From Octopus vulgaris (Eukaryota): a stretch of 64,000 bases of DNA. Position 1 is the stretch's first letter. Each line of letters begins with the position of its first letter. The position numbers and the translations under genes were made by a program. The notes below the pieces were generated by a model that made no database searches, had not been told where the DNA came from, and was given only the letters and a program-made list of their open reading frames with translations. The stretch covers positions 95,790,001 through 95,854,000 of the forward strand of contig OX597823.1 of assembly GCA_951406725.2 (NCBI GenBank). The letters run 5' to 3'. Shown here piece after piece: positions 12,606-24,616 of this stretch.

Positions 12606-12935
12606 AAGGAATACAAAAAATGGGACAAGAACGCAAAACATCCAGACAGATGATACAAAAAAGGGACAAGAAAAAACAAGGATGGGTCATTCAGAGTTTT
12701 CTTTCCTCAGTTGAGTTCCAGATTAGCTTTGCAATTTTGGCTGTTTATACTTGAGATTGCTCCAATCTGGCCAGCCCCAAGGAAAAACTAAGCTAAGAGG
12801 ACTAGATTCCTTGGAAGAAAGCAGCGTATGTATACAAAAACAAGGATGGGAAAAAAAAACAGAGAAATGGTACACAAATGTAAATAACAGGACATTAACA
12901 ACAGGTGTCTTTTGACTAAGGACAAATTAAATTAA
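12606..12935. repeat. Unclassified interspersed repeat (diverged relative at 48205-48575), nested in the microsatellite of a split SINE
   Basis: Shared blocks cttgagat..caatctgg, ctaagctaagag..tagat, caggtgtcttt.gact in both copies; host SINE head ~12410-12570 resumes ~13355. Confidence 0.6.
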
Positions 12936-13131
12936 TCTGGGGGCATTGGTGTTCAGAAGACCCTAGACGTCAGGTAAGGCTATGTAAATGCTACGGAAGG
13001 ACTGTAGTTAGACTCTCGGTTCGATTGAGGAGGCTAATGCAGGTCTTGTGTGAGCATGTATATGTTAAATAAAATGAGATAACAAAGCCAAGGCTGTGTA
13101 GAATTTATAGGACATTTATAAGGAGAAAGGT

Positions 13132-13181
13132 AGTCTTACAGCTGTTTCTGGGATATTACGGATATCCCTTCCTCAGAACAC
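13132..13181 (-). ncRNA. Type I hammerhead ribozyme motif (stem I degenerate)
   Basis: Minus strand: CTGAGGA-A-GGGATA tccgtaa TATCCC-A-GAAAC-AGCT-GTA-AGACT. Confidence 0.65.
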
Positions 13182-13919
13182 GATATGAGAGAGTTGAATA
13201 GAGGGAAATAGTGGAGCGCAATATAAGGAGTTATTTTGGAAAAGGATGGAGATAGGAAGTATAAAGAGAAATAAGAGAATAAAAAAAATAAAAATATATG
13301 TAAGAAGTAACAGCTTCATTATCCAAGGAAAGTGCTGTGTAGAATGGGTGTATATATTTGTGTGTGTGTGTCTGTTTGTCCCCCCTCCATCGCTTGACAA
13401 CCGATGTTGGTGTGTTTATGTCTCTGTAACTTAGCAGTTCAGCTAAAGAGACTGATAGAATAAGTACTAGGCTTACAAAGAATAAGTCCTGGGAGTGGTT
13501 TGTTCAACTAAAGGCAGTGCCCCAGCGTGGCCACAATCAAATGACTGAAACAAGTAAAAGAATGAAAGAATATATGTATTGTTGTATAGTGAAATTGTAC
13601 ACCTCTCCCGGTAAAAAGTGGTAGTAGTCAATCATTATGAATCGACCAGTAGCTAGTTGACAGAAGGTTGAGAGTATGTGTAGACTGTTGATAGTCGTGT
13701 CTGTGCTGATATAGTAATTATACTGTGATACTGAGTTGATGTTATAAGGATCCAACCCTTTCAGGATAATAATACTGTACAACTGGGGGTCGTACAGTGC
13801 CAGATAGAACCATTCTATTGGCGACTTTAAGAGTTTAAACTAATTCATGTGAAGAATTAAATACCTTGACAAAAAAGAAACGAAAATTTTGTTGTGCAAA
13901 CTTATGAAAATCGTAAAAT

Positions 13920-16900
13920 ATGGAAGGCCTGTTAGCTGAGATAGTTGAGTTACAAAAACAACAACTTACTACAACAACTCGCAGAACAACGAGAACAACA
14001 ACAAGGATTGCAGCAGTAAATGTTCCAAATAATGAAGTCGATAACGAAACCGGAGAAAACATTTTCACCTGACCCTGTAGCAAATTCCATGAGTGAATTC
14101 AAATATGATTCCGAAGAAGGAGTAACTTTCGAGGCTTTCTTTCGAAGATTTCAACAAACCTTTGGAAAAGAATTCCAGGATTGGATGGACGATAGGAAAA
14201 CACGTCTAGTGTTAAGAAAACCAGGGACAGCAGAGCAACTTCATACTGCCCCCCAAAAAAGCGTCCGACATAAATTTCACCGACATAGTTGACGTTTTGT
14301 GCGAAATGTTTAGTGAAAAGAGATCACTGTTTAATACAAGATGGAAATGTTTAGACATAGAAAAGAGCGAAGATGAAGACTTCACTCCTTACAGAGGCAG
14401 AGTCAACAAAGAATGTGAGAGACTTAGACTAGAAATGCTTACTCCAGATTCTTTCAAGAGTTTTGCACAAGGCTTGGCTGATGACAGGGATGCAGAAAAA
14501 CCGAACGAAAACTCTATCAAAACTGGAAATGAACCAGGATTTGACATTGCAGAAACTGTCGGAAGAGTGTGAAAGGATATTAAAACTAAGGCATGACACA
14601 GAAGAAATTCAATGGAAAGAGTGATTACACATAAGACCAGTGCAAGGACGTCGGAAGACAAAAGGTTGCATGAAAACCAGAAAAAATATCGGGATGTAGA
14701 CCCATGTAGTGAGATGTGCCTGAAAAAGATTGTTCGTGTAAAAAAGCAAAGGGTTTTCGCTGCGGATTTACAGAACATATAAAATCACACTGCAAAACTA
14801 GAATGATAGGAAAATGGAACAAACAAGAAGAAATAAAATAGTTTGTCAGCAGGAAAAGTTGTGACAACAACAAACAGAAAATTTGTGGATGTGAGAATTG
14901 AAAACACTAGCGTCAGAATGCAAGTAGACACAAGAAGTGATATAACAATCGCAAACAAGGAAACATGGGGACAAATGTGTAAACCTAAATTATGTAGTTC
15001 AAACAAAATGTAACAGGAAGAAAATTATATTTTACGGGCGAACGCGTTTGTAATATAATGTTCAAAGGTCGAACCAAAGAATTGAACGTTTATGTGTTTA
15101 AAAAATCCATGAATATATTTGGCACCGAATGTATGGAGAAGTTTAATTTATGGGATACCCTCATAAGCGCTTTGTGCAATAGCGTAAACAAAGGAGTCAG
15201 ACAATTGAATGAGGTTGATGAAGTGAAACAAATAATGAAAGAAACTTTTCCAAAAGTCTTTTCGGAAGGTTTAGGCTGTTGCACAAAAGCAAGAGTTGCT
15301 ATCAAAGAAAATTCAACACCTATTTACAAGCCCCAGGTCAATAAAGAACTAGAAAGGTTGGAAAGCCTGAATATAATTGAAAAGATTGGCCATGCAGACT
15401 GGGCAGCCCCAGCAGTGAATGTAAAAAAAACATAATAAGCCTAGAGGGTGCACAGACTTCTTAAGAGGATTAAACAACTGTTTACTCACACAAAATTTAC
15501 CCACTTCCAAGCCCAGAAGTTTTTGCTAAACTAAATGGAGAGATAATTTATTCAAAGTTAGACCCCTCAGAGGGGGATCTTCAAATTCAGTTAGAGGAAG
15601 ATTTCACACATCTACTAACAATCAACACGCACCATGGATTGTACAAGTTCAAATGACTGCTGTTTGGGGTAAAAGTAGCACTCACCATACTCCAACAAAT
15701 AATGAATGTGATGTTAAGTGATTGAGACTTCGCCATTGCATACCTCAACATTTTGATAAAGAGCAAATTTTGGGTGCAACATGTCGAACACATAAAGAAA
15801 GTATTCGAGAGAATGAGTGAGTACAGTCTAAAACTGACAGAAGAAAACTGTAAAATTTTTTATGAAAAAAATAAAATACCTAGGTCAAGTAATCGACAAA
15901 AGTGGACACAGATTGGACACATCAAGGACAATAACAACAATGAAATATGCCACACCCCCAATGAATGTGACAATGCTACAAGCATTCCTAGGCTTGGTAA
16001 ATTTTTACCAAGTGTATATCCCAAATATACATAAAGTACAGGCACCACTTAATGAATTACTAAATTAAAAATAAAAATGCCAAATGGGTTTGGACAGAGA
16101 AATGCCAGAAAGCATTTAACGAGTTAAAAGATGTTAACTTCAGACTTGTATCTTATGCATTTTGACCCAAAGTTAGAGATAGTACTAGCTACAGATGCTA
16201 GTGAGTATGGGATAGGAGCCATGCTCCTACACAAGGATAATGATGGCAGGAGAAAGGCCATAGCTCACACATCAAGGACACTACTACTGGTAGAAAAGAG
16301 CTAAAGCCATATTGAAAAAGAGGTGTTGGTTATTATATTTGACATGAAAAAGATCCACAGGTTCATTCACAGCAGACGTTTTTTGGTTGCAAACGGACCA
16401 TAGACTTCTAATAGTGATATACAGATCCAAGAAAGGAATCCTGACGCATACAGCAAACAGACTGCAGTGGTGGGGTACCATTCTATTAAACTACAATTAT
16501 AGAATGGAATATCTGCCTTCAAAAAAGTTGAGGGTATGCCGATGGTCTGTCTAGGCTAATCCCAAGAAATAACGACCCGCTGGAGGACACTGTAATAGCA
16601 GCACTAAGAGTGGAAGCAGAAGCAAAAAAAAGTGAACACTATTTACGTTATTTACATTTGACGAATATTTGTCCTCATCTTGTTTGTTGTTAGCACAATG
16701 TTTCGGCTGATATACCCTCCACTAACCCCAAGATTCCAAGTTCAATTTCAGGCAGTGACCTGAATAATAATAATAATATGATCGAAAAATACCTTAGGAA
16801 TGAGAACCCAGGTTCAAAATTTCCAAGACACCTGATGAAGCCTGGAGGGTATATCAGCCAAAACATTGTGTTAACAACAAACAAGATGAGGACAAATATC

Positions 16901-17485
16901 CATCAAATGTAAATAATGTAAATAATTCCTCATCTCTTAAATATAGAACTGCGAAAAAAAGTGATATGGAACATTGTGTATGAACTACCAGTAATACTGG
17001 AAGAAATAAAAAGAAATGCAAGAAATGACAAATTAATTAATTAAACAAAAATGATTACTTAGTAGTGGACCACGACACAAAATGGCCTGAGGGTGTAAGT
17101 GACCACCCTTATATACGGTAATAAACTTCTTAGATGAGCTGTTTGCAAAATTTAGTGCACTGGATATAATTGTTTCTGTTAAGGGAACATGGTTACAGTT
17201 TGTATCCCATGAGTTTAAAAGATTTTTGAGATGTCCACATTAGAACATAAAATTATAGCACCATATCACCCTAGATCAAATGGAATGACCGAACAGTTTA
17301 TGAACACTTTTAAGAGAACTTTGAAGAAAGCTAAGAAGGAAACCATGGACGAAGTCACGATCCAATATTTCTTTAGGGTATACAGGGTAACTCCAAATCC
17401 AAATGTACCAGAAGGAAGTTCACCATCAGAATTAATATTTGCCAGAAAGGTGAAGTCAGTATTCGATAAACTGTTGTGCAAATAA
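13920..17485 (+). pseudogene. gypsy gag-pol remnants
   Basis: gag FKYDSEEGVTFEAFFRRF and SLFNTRWKCL; protease MQVDTRSDITI; RT WAAPAVNVKK and LQAFLGLVNFY; RNase H LATDASEYGIGA; integrase APYHPRSNG; many stops/frameshifts. Confidence 0.88.
16636..16950 (+). mobile_element. Copy 2 of tRNA-head/hammerhead element, 5'-truncated with inverted segment, inserted in gypsy pol
   Basis: 16640-16720 is the reverse complement of 16844-16924; 14-nt flanking duplication gcaaaaaaaagtga (16622-16635) / gcgaaaaaaagtga (16951-16964). Confidence 0.8.
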
Positions 17486-19255
17486 AGACACGCCAAAATT
17501 CTTTAGAATCAGTGTAAGGTTTATGTAAGAATGTACAAAATGGCAAGCAATACTGGGAAGAAGGAGAATACACAGGAAGAATGATGTATGGTGTAAGAAG
17601 TTGAAATGGAATAGAAAGGAGAGATAGAAATCAACTTAAGGAGTCATAGAAAAGGAACCAACAAAAGTAGAAATACCGATGGATTGGCTCTATGAGATTT
17701 TTCAGGTTCCAACACCGTTACAAGAAGTCGAAACCACATGTATAAGGAAAAGAGAGAACACTGAATACCTAAAAGTGGACCCTAAGAAGAAAAGATATTG
17801 AATATATTGAGATAAAAAGGAGGAGGTGGGGGTGAATAAAAGAAATTGCTAAATAAAAAATTAAAAGGTGAGTGTTGTTTAGTGAAACTACACCCTCCCG
17901 GTAAAAAGTGGTAGTAACCAGTCATTATAATTAGACCAGTAGCGGTCGAGAGAAGGTCATGAAGGTTGAGAGTACGTGTAGACTGAGTTGATAGTCGTGT
18001 CTGTGCTGATATAGTAATTATACAGTGATGCTGAGTGGATGTTATAACGATCCAACCTTGCTGAGTGTAAAAAGTTGAAAGAAACATTGCAAAGCATTCT
18101 GGCTGATTCTTTGACAATTCTGCCAGCTTGCCATGTTATCTATTCATCTTTCACTTGTCATTGGACTGCGGCCATGCTGGGGCAGCACCTTGATGAACTC
18201 TTTTTAGTTAAAGGAATTGATCTCAGGACTTATTTTTTTAAGTCTAGTCCTTTTCTGTTGGCCTCTTTTGCTGAACTGCTAAGTTACAGGGATGTAAACT
18301 CACCAAAGCCAGTTCTCAAGCAGTAACAGGGGACTAACACACACACACATATATGACGGGCTTCTTTCAGTTTCCAGTCACAAGGCTTTGGTTGCCATGA
18401 TACTGCTGTAGGAAACTCTTGCCCAAGGTGCCATGCAGTGGGATTGAACCTGGAAGCCTGTTGTTTGAAAACAAGCCCCTTACCACACCTCCACACCAGC
18501 ACCTAGTAATAGTTAGCATAGTAAAGCAGAAAGATTAATATTTATTTCTTTATTGCCCTACAAGGGGCTAAACATAGAAGGGGACAAAAACAAAGACAAA
18601 GGGATTAAGTTGATTACGTCAACCCCAGTGCATAACTGGTACTTATCTAATTGACCCCAATAAGATGAAAGGCAAAGTCACCTCAGCAGAATTTGAACTC
18701 AGAATGTAATGGCAGATGAAATACCACTAAGCATTTCGCCCAGCATGCTAACGATTCTGCCAGCTCACCGCCCTAGAAAGATTGATATTAAGCAAGACTT
18801 TCAACCAAGACTTTCAACCAATTTCCATTACATGCTGTTGTGTTGTGACATCTGAGAGCATGAGCGATGCTTACACATCACTGTGAACATCCACTTGAGA
18901 AGTTAGTGGTGCTATATTTACACTTTGAATCACTTCCCCTGCCTGTGTCAGCAAACCACTTAACCTGATTACGATCAAGCAAGAGGCCCTTATCATGGAA
19001 ACTTTGGCTCAAGTAGAAAATTCTGAAAATTAACTTTATTTTAATATTAATTTCAATTTAAACATCATTTAAGTTAAAGTAGAGGGCACGACTGGAAAAT
19101 ACAAAAACTAAAAGAAGCAGCACATGCGTTAGGACACAACAACCTCCTAAGCAGACTGAGTGCAGATATGAGTAGCATATGGGGAACTGGTACTAAGGAA
19201 GGATAGGAAAATATTAGATTTATAAGCCCTAAAATTCACTCCATAATTGCCCACA

Positions 19256-19496
19256 GGCATATGGCGTAGTGGTTAAAAGCACAGGCTACTAACCCCAAGA
19301 TTCCGAGTTCAATTCCAGGCAGTGACCTGAATAATATTAATAATAATATCAAAAAATCCCTTAGGAATGAGAATTTTCCCCTAGACACCTGATGACGGCT
19401 GGAGGGTATATCAGCATTGTGTTAACAACAAAGATGACAAATATCCAATAAATGTAAATAATGTACATAATTCCTCATCTCTTAAATATAGAACTG
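19256..19496 (+). mobile_element. Copy 3 of tRNA-head/hammerhead element
   Basis: Same 5' start ggcatatggcgtagtgg and 3' end cttaaatatagaactg as copy 1; small deletion removes the GAAA of the ribozyme. Confidence 0.8.
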
Positions 19497-19784
19497 TATC
19501 ATTGTTGTTGTTGTAAGGCAGTGAGCTGGCAGAATTGTTAGCATGCTTAGTAAATTGCTTAGCAGCATTTCAGCCATCTTTATGTTTTTGAGTTCAAATT
19601 CCACCGAGGTCGACTTTGCCTTTCATCCTTTTGGAGTTGATAAATTAAGTACCAGTGAAACACTGGGGTCGATGTAGCCCCCTCCCCCAAAATTCCAGGT
19701 TTTGTGCCTTTTGTAGGAAGGATTATTATTATTATGTTCCACATTTTTAATTTCTATTTTTCATTTTATTTTGTGTGTGTGTGT

Positions 19785-20320
19785 GTGGAAGGGGTAGGCC
19801 CAGGAAGATGTCAGTTGAAGTAGTGAGAAAGGATCTTCAGATGTTGGACCTCACAGAGGAGATAACGAGAAGCTGAGACTTTTGGTGATTTGCTGCGCTT
19901 GAAAAGTTATGTCAAGCTAAGTAACATTGTGGCCATTCATGCGTACAGGCATGTTCTTTATGGCCATAGCCACCACTCCTCTCCATCAAGAGGTCTTTGT
20001 CTTGTGAGCTTGCTGGTGCTGGTACCATATAAAAAGCACCCATGCCAGTGTCATATAGGAAAGTACCAATGCCACATGGCAAAGCATCCATGTCAGTGCC
20101 ATGTTGAAAAGCGCTTGTACCTGTGCCGTGTAAAAGGGATTCCTGCTGGTAGCATGTTAAAAGCACCCAGTCAACTCTGGAAAGTGGTTGACATTAGGGA
20201 GGGCATCCAACCATTGGTACCATGCCAAAACAGATAATTGGAACCTGGTGCAGCTTTACCAACTCTGGTCATTCTGTCCAACCCATGCCAGCATGGAAAA
20301 TGGACATCAAATGATGGTGG
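19785..20320 (+). mobile_element. RTE-clade LINE 3' end (ORF2 C-terminus plus repetitive 3'UTR with GAT tail)
   Basis: GRGRPRKMSVEVVRKDLQMLDLTEE; tail acccatgccagcatggaaaatggacatcaaatgatg recurs >15 times in the window (e.g. 2540-2780, 29935-30420, 37255-37690, 40620-40945, 41320-41870, 62373-62630). Confidence 0.75.
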
Positions 20321-20523
20321 GAATGAGACTCATATATATCATCTCATTCTATGTAAACCCCAACACTTTGTATTGTCCCTTTCATTCATCCCCTTGGTGG
20401 AAAAGAAAAATTATGCTTTTCAATGCAAAAATTCCTCTTTATTTCCGTTATAAGGTTGGATGAAAGACAATGATTCTAGGTTGATATAATAAATCCCCTC
20501 AAATATTTTCATTTTGTTATCAG

Positions 20524-20635
20524 ATGTCAAAATCTAAAGGTAACGTGGTCGACCCTATGCTATTGATGTCCAAATACACTCCAGATGCACTCCGTTATTT
20601 CTTGCTCAGAGAAGGTGTCCCCCATTCTGATAACA
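20524..20635 (+). CDS. MARS2: MARS2 exon completing the KMSKS class I motif
   Basis: Acceptor ttttgttatcag; [37 protein letters not shown]; donor GTAAGT, phase 1. Confidence 0.96.
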
Positions 20636-22989
20636 GTAAGTGGTTATTTCTTTCTTTGAAAGCCAAAAATGAATTCTTTCTTGGAATAAATTTAATTAAA
20701 ACTCTACTGAGTACTAATGATTCAAAACAAGTAAGCAACTTTTGTTTTGTTAACCCATAAAACGCTGGGATTTGTATGGACTGCTGAGCACATTTTATGA
20801 AAATGAGACTACCATGCACACATCAAAAGCAAAAAATAGTTTAAATATCTTCTTAGTATAAAATGGTGGCAAGTTTTACATCATCTGAAAAGTCATTAGT
20901 TGAACTATTAGTCCTCTTGCATTCTGGGGGATATCAGAGCATTTGAGGGACATTAGACCCCGACAAATGCCCATAAACTAAATGCATCTATCTTGGCCAC
21001 GATTGTGGCCTTTCAACTTGTGCCTGACAGCCACAATCGTGGCTCGTTGTTCTTTGAGTGTTAAGTCTACATCCTGGTTTTTATTTGGAGAAGCTGTGTC
21101 TCTTTAGGTATAGAGGGACGGATGTAGGTGTCTTAGTGCAGGTACGTGGATGTGCCAGTTGGTAAGGAAAAGAGAGTGAGTTAGGGAATAGGATGAGGAG
21201 AGTGGCAGCGAGAAGGAGATGATGGCAAAGATGTGTTGGGACATGCCCCCGAAGGATATTGGGAGTAGTGGGAATAGAAGAGGTGAAAGAGGGGTTTGGA
21301 CTGAGTGGGGTCGGCAGGAAGGAGGTGACTGTGGCAAATGATGGAGAGAAATAGAGGAGAGGCCCATGGGTGGGGATTGCAGTAGATATGTGGGAGATAA
21401 CAACAGATGAGCAAGATGAAGCACAGAAGGGAAGTGGCAGGTGGCCAGTGCAGAGTCAAAATAGAAAGGCTTTCAGGATGTGGACCTAATTGAGAAGAAA
21501 CATCCTTTCTTGATGCCATCACTTGAAGAATAAGGTGGAGGTGTTGTGGCTTATATCATCTCCCACAACATTTACTAGTTCACTGACATTGTCTGCTGCC
21601 GATATAGACGGCCAGTCTAAGAATAATAATCAAAATATTCAGAGATTGTTGTTGTTATTGCTCTAGGTCATCCCTGATCAAGCAGACCTAGGGCCAAAGT
21701 ATTCCATTTGTGACCATCACATCTTTTCTTAGTCATACTGTATCTAGGATGACCTCATGTAATGTATCCTGTTTTTAAGATGGCTGGTAGTGATGTGGCT
21801 GCTATGTCTAGCAGGTTGAGTGGTTGATCAGGGTGCAGTGCCGAATTGGCATCTATCAATATTGTGCCAAATGTATTTCATGCTTCTTGACTTTAGTTCC
21901 ACTGCAGCTGTTTTGTTATTGATGACAAAAATCACATTGTCTTGGAAAGACTTTGGTCTTCCGTCCAAGGTCTCTCACCAGACTTGTGATAAAAAGAAAT
22001 CACGGATGCAATGGAATGGCGAAATGAGGAACCAAACCCAGACTAGGCTTAATGGAAGCTTGTCTCAACTCTAAGGCAACTAACAACTACTTGTTCATAC
22101 CACAATAGCCAAATCTTTCTCCAAACAATATTCACCAACTTAATGGCATTCACAGTTTTCAGGTCCTAATCCTCTGGGAAATAATCAAAGACAGTCTTTG
22201 ATGGCTGTGTGCTAAGCAGCTTGTTTCCTAACCACATGGTTCTGGGTTCAGTCCCACTGTGTGGCACCTTGGGTGAGTGTCTTCGACTACTAGCCTCAGG
22301 CTGACCAAAGCCTTGTGAGCAGATTTGGTAGACGGAAACTGTAAGAAGCCTGTCCTGTATGTATAGCTATTAAACGATGACTTAAAAGCAGCACCAGTCA
22401 TGCAAACGTTGTTGGCCACACATTCACAATGCATGTGTTTTGTTTATTTGTTGAATTTGCTGCAGGGTAGCACTTAGGAGAACACCCTAATAATGGTGGG
22501 TATGAAAACACCTGAAAGTCATAGACCAGGTGAGACAACTCACCTCACATTGAACCAAGAATGCTGGATATTGATATTTTGCCATTATGGCTTATCAATA
22601 CCACATACTTGGATCGAAATGAAGACTGTACTGTGTATGTGCGTGTCCCCCACCACTGCTTGATGACTGGTGTTGGTTTGTTTATGTCCTTGTAACTTAG
22701 TGGTTTAGTAAAAGAGACTGATGGAAAAATACCAGACTGTAAAAAAAGGTCCTGAGATCAATTCTTCAAGGCAGTGCTCCAGCATGACCATAATCTAATG
22801 ACTGAAAGAGATAAAAAAAATAAAAGAATGATTTTAAGTTTTGCACAGTCCAGTAAGTAGGGAGAGGGGCAGTGCAAAGTTTCATGACTGAGCTACATGT
22901 TTCCTTCTCATGTGGGATTAATTTTCAGAACAAATAAATCGTTGTCTGCAAGTAGGTTTGTTTTTGCATTAATTTTATTTTCTTTCTAG

Positions 22990-23181
22990 ATTTCAATGAA
23001 CAGAAAATGGTAGAATGCATCAACAGTGAGATTGTCAACACACTGGGAAACCTTTTGAGTAGGTGCACATCACTCAGTATCAACCCGAATCAGATCTTTC
23101 CTGCCTTAAACAAGGCCACACTCAAAGCATCCTTCTCATCTGAAGCCCAGCACACTTTTTACCAACTACAAGAACTTGCTG
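22990..23181 (+). CDS. MARS2: MARS2 exon (start of anticodon-binding helical domain)
   Basis: Acceptor ttttctttctag; (N)FNEQKMVECINSEIVNTLGNLLSRCTSLSINPNQIFP...QELA; donor GTCAGT, phase 1. Confidence 0.94.
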
Positions 23182-23866
23182 GTCAGTTTTACATTTCATT
23201 TTCTCTTTTCTCTCTCTAACTAGATTACAAACAAACTCTTGAATTTAGAGCAAAATATGGCCCTTCAGGGGTAGCCTCATTTATGAGGTGAGTTCCTGGA
23301 TATTTGATGGACACATTGAGGAATTGTAGTCTGGCTTAGAGATAGACAGGAAAATTCTTTATTCAAAGATTTAATATGAATTAGATTGAGTGACCACTGC
23401 TGTTGACAAGACTATTGTTGTAAAGAAGCTTAAGTGACCACTGCTGTTGGCTGAACAGTAATTGTGGAGTGGAAGCCCGAGTAACCTCTGGTGTTGATTA
23501 GACAATAGCTGTTATGTAAAAATATGCAAGTGTCACCACTGGCTTGGCTAACCTTTAGCTACATTGTGAATATGAAACTATGGTAACTACTGGTGTTTAA
23601 TAGGATAGGAACTAAGAGAACAAACTGGCATTCACCAGAACGAAGAATTTAGTTATGTCACTGTAATAACCCTATGTGAAGAAATTACTCACAGATCCCA
23701 TTTGCCCCCCAAAATAAATCAAGTTAAAGCCATACAGTAAGAGAAAAAGGATCTAATTAATTAATAGAACTTATGTAGTGAAGTATAGAGATGAGAAGAA
23801 TGCATTATTTTAGAGGCTAAATTATTTTACTCTGATCTTGGCATAAAAGGGAAACAATACCAAATA

Positions 23867-24016
23867 TGGAGTAAAGATTGTTTGCCAACATAACATGGCA
23901 GTCCTGATTTAGGACGAATGTTGCTGTAATTTAGCCACCGGCAAACAATCTTTACTCCAAAGTACTGTTACTGAATATCTCTCATTGTGAGATTTACAAA
24001 TAGTAATTTTCTAATA
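23867..24016. repeat. Interspersed repeat with inverted 5' part; colinear copy at 51890-52018
   Basis: ggagtaaagattgtttgcc...tttagcc is inverted relative to ggcaaacaatctttactccaaagtactgttactgaatatc. Confidence 0.7.
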
Positions 24017-24363
24017 TCAAATATGTTTTGGACTTATTAGATAGCCTTTCTAAGTAGTTGACAAATTAGTAATAAGAGAATCCAATATGTTGGTAATAAT
24101 TTTTGATAACTAAAGTGTTGGAATAGAGGACACCAAAGTAGGACAAATGACAGTCAAACAACTGCTGGTGGTTAGAGACGTTTGGAGGCTGGAACAGGAT
24201 GCAGATGAATATGGAAACATTTGAAGGAGAGAAAGTGGAAGTCTTTATTGTCCAGTGTTAGATTAGAAGAATACAATTAGAGAAGATTAACGAGCGTTTA
24301 TGATTGTAGGAGATTGTGAATAAGGTCGCGATTAGACAAAAGTCTATAGATATTGGTGGAGAG

Positions 24364-24616
24364 CAAGGGTTCTCAACCATATTTTTTTTTGTCAATTGAC
24401 TCTCTTGGTTCCTATTTTATCCTGCTGTCCCCATATTAAAAAAAAACAAATCCTGTTATATTTTTATAGTTAAATATAAAAAAATTGTATTAGAAAAATT
24501 GTTAAAATACTTTTGTGTTTTGTAGGAGTGTAACCAACTTGTTGGACATAAATTTAAGCAACAAAATCCTTATGTGGAGCTTCAAGGGTCATGTGGCCCC
24601 TGGTTGAGAATGACTG
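24364..24616. mobile_element. MITE with caggg/cagtg-gttctcaacc type termini (hAT-like); relatives at ~58020-58618 and 59370
   Basis: caagggttctcaacc ... ggttgagaatgactg inverted ends, AT-rich interior. Confidence 0.55.

Larger units (their letters stand above)
13580..18058 (+). mobile_element. Decayed Ty3/gypsy LTR retrotransposon (Mag/K02A2.6-like)
   Basis: 5' LTR 13580-~13817, PBS-like TGGCGAC at 13819, purine tract ~17855-17872, truncated 3' LTR 17873-18058; internal gag/PR/RT/RNaseH/IN remnants. Confidence 0.92.

Noticed and set aside
12690-12750. Possible hammerhead (ctgagga..gaa on minus strand)
   Set aside because: No GAAA-stem III-UH arrangement or convincing stems
23388-23600. CRISPR array
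   Set aside because: Eukaryotic intron, short degenerate repeats, uneven period, weakly related spacers, no cas genes
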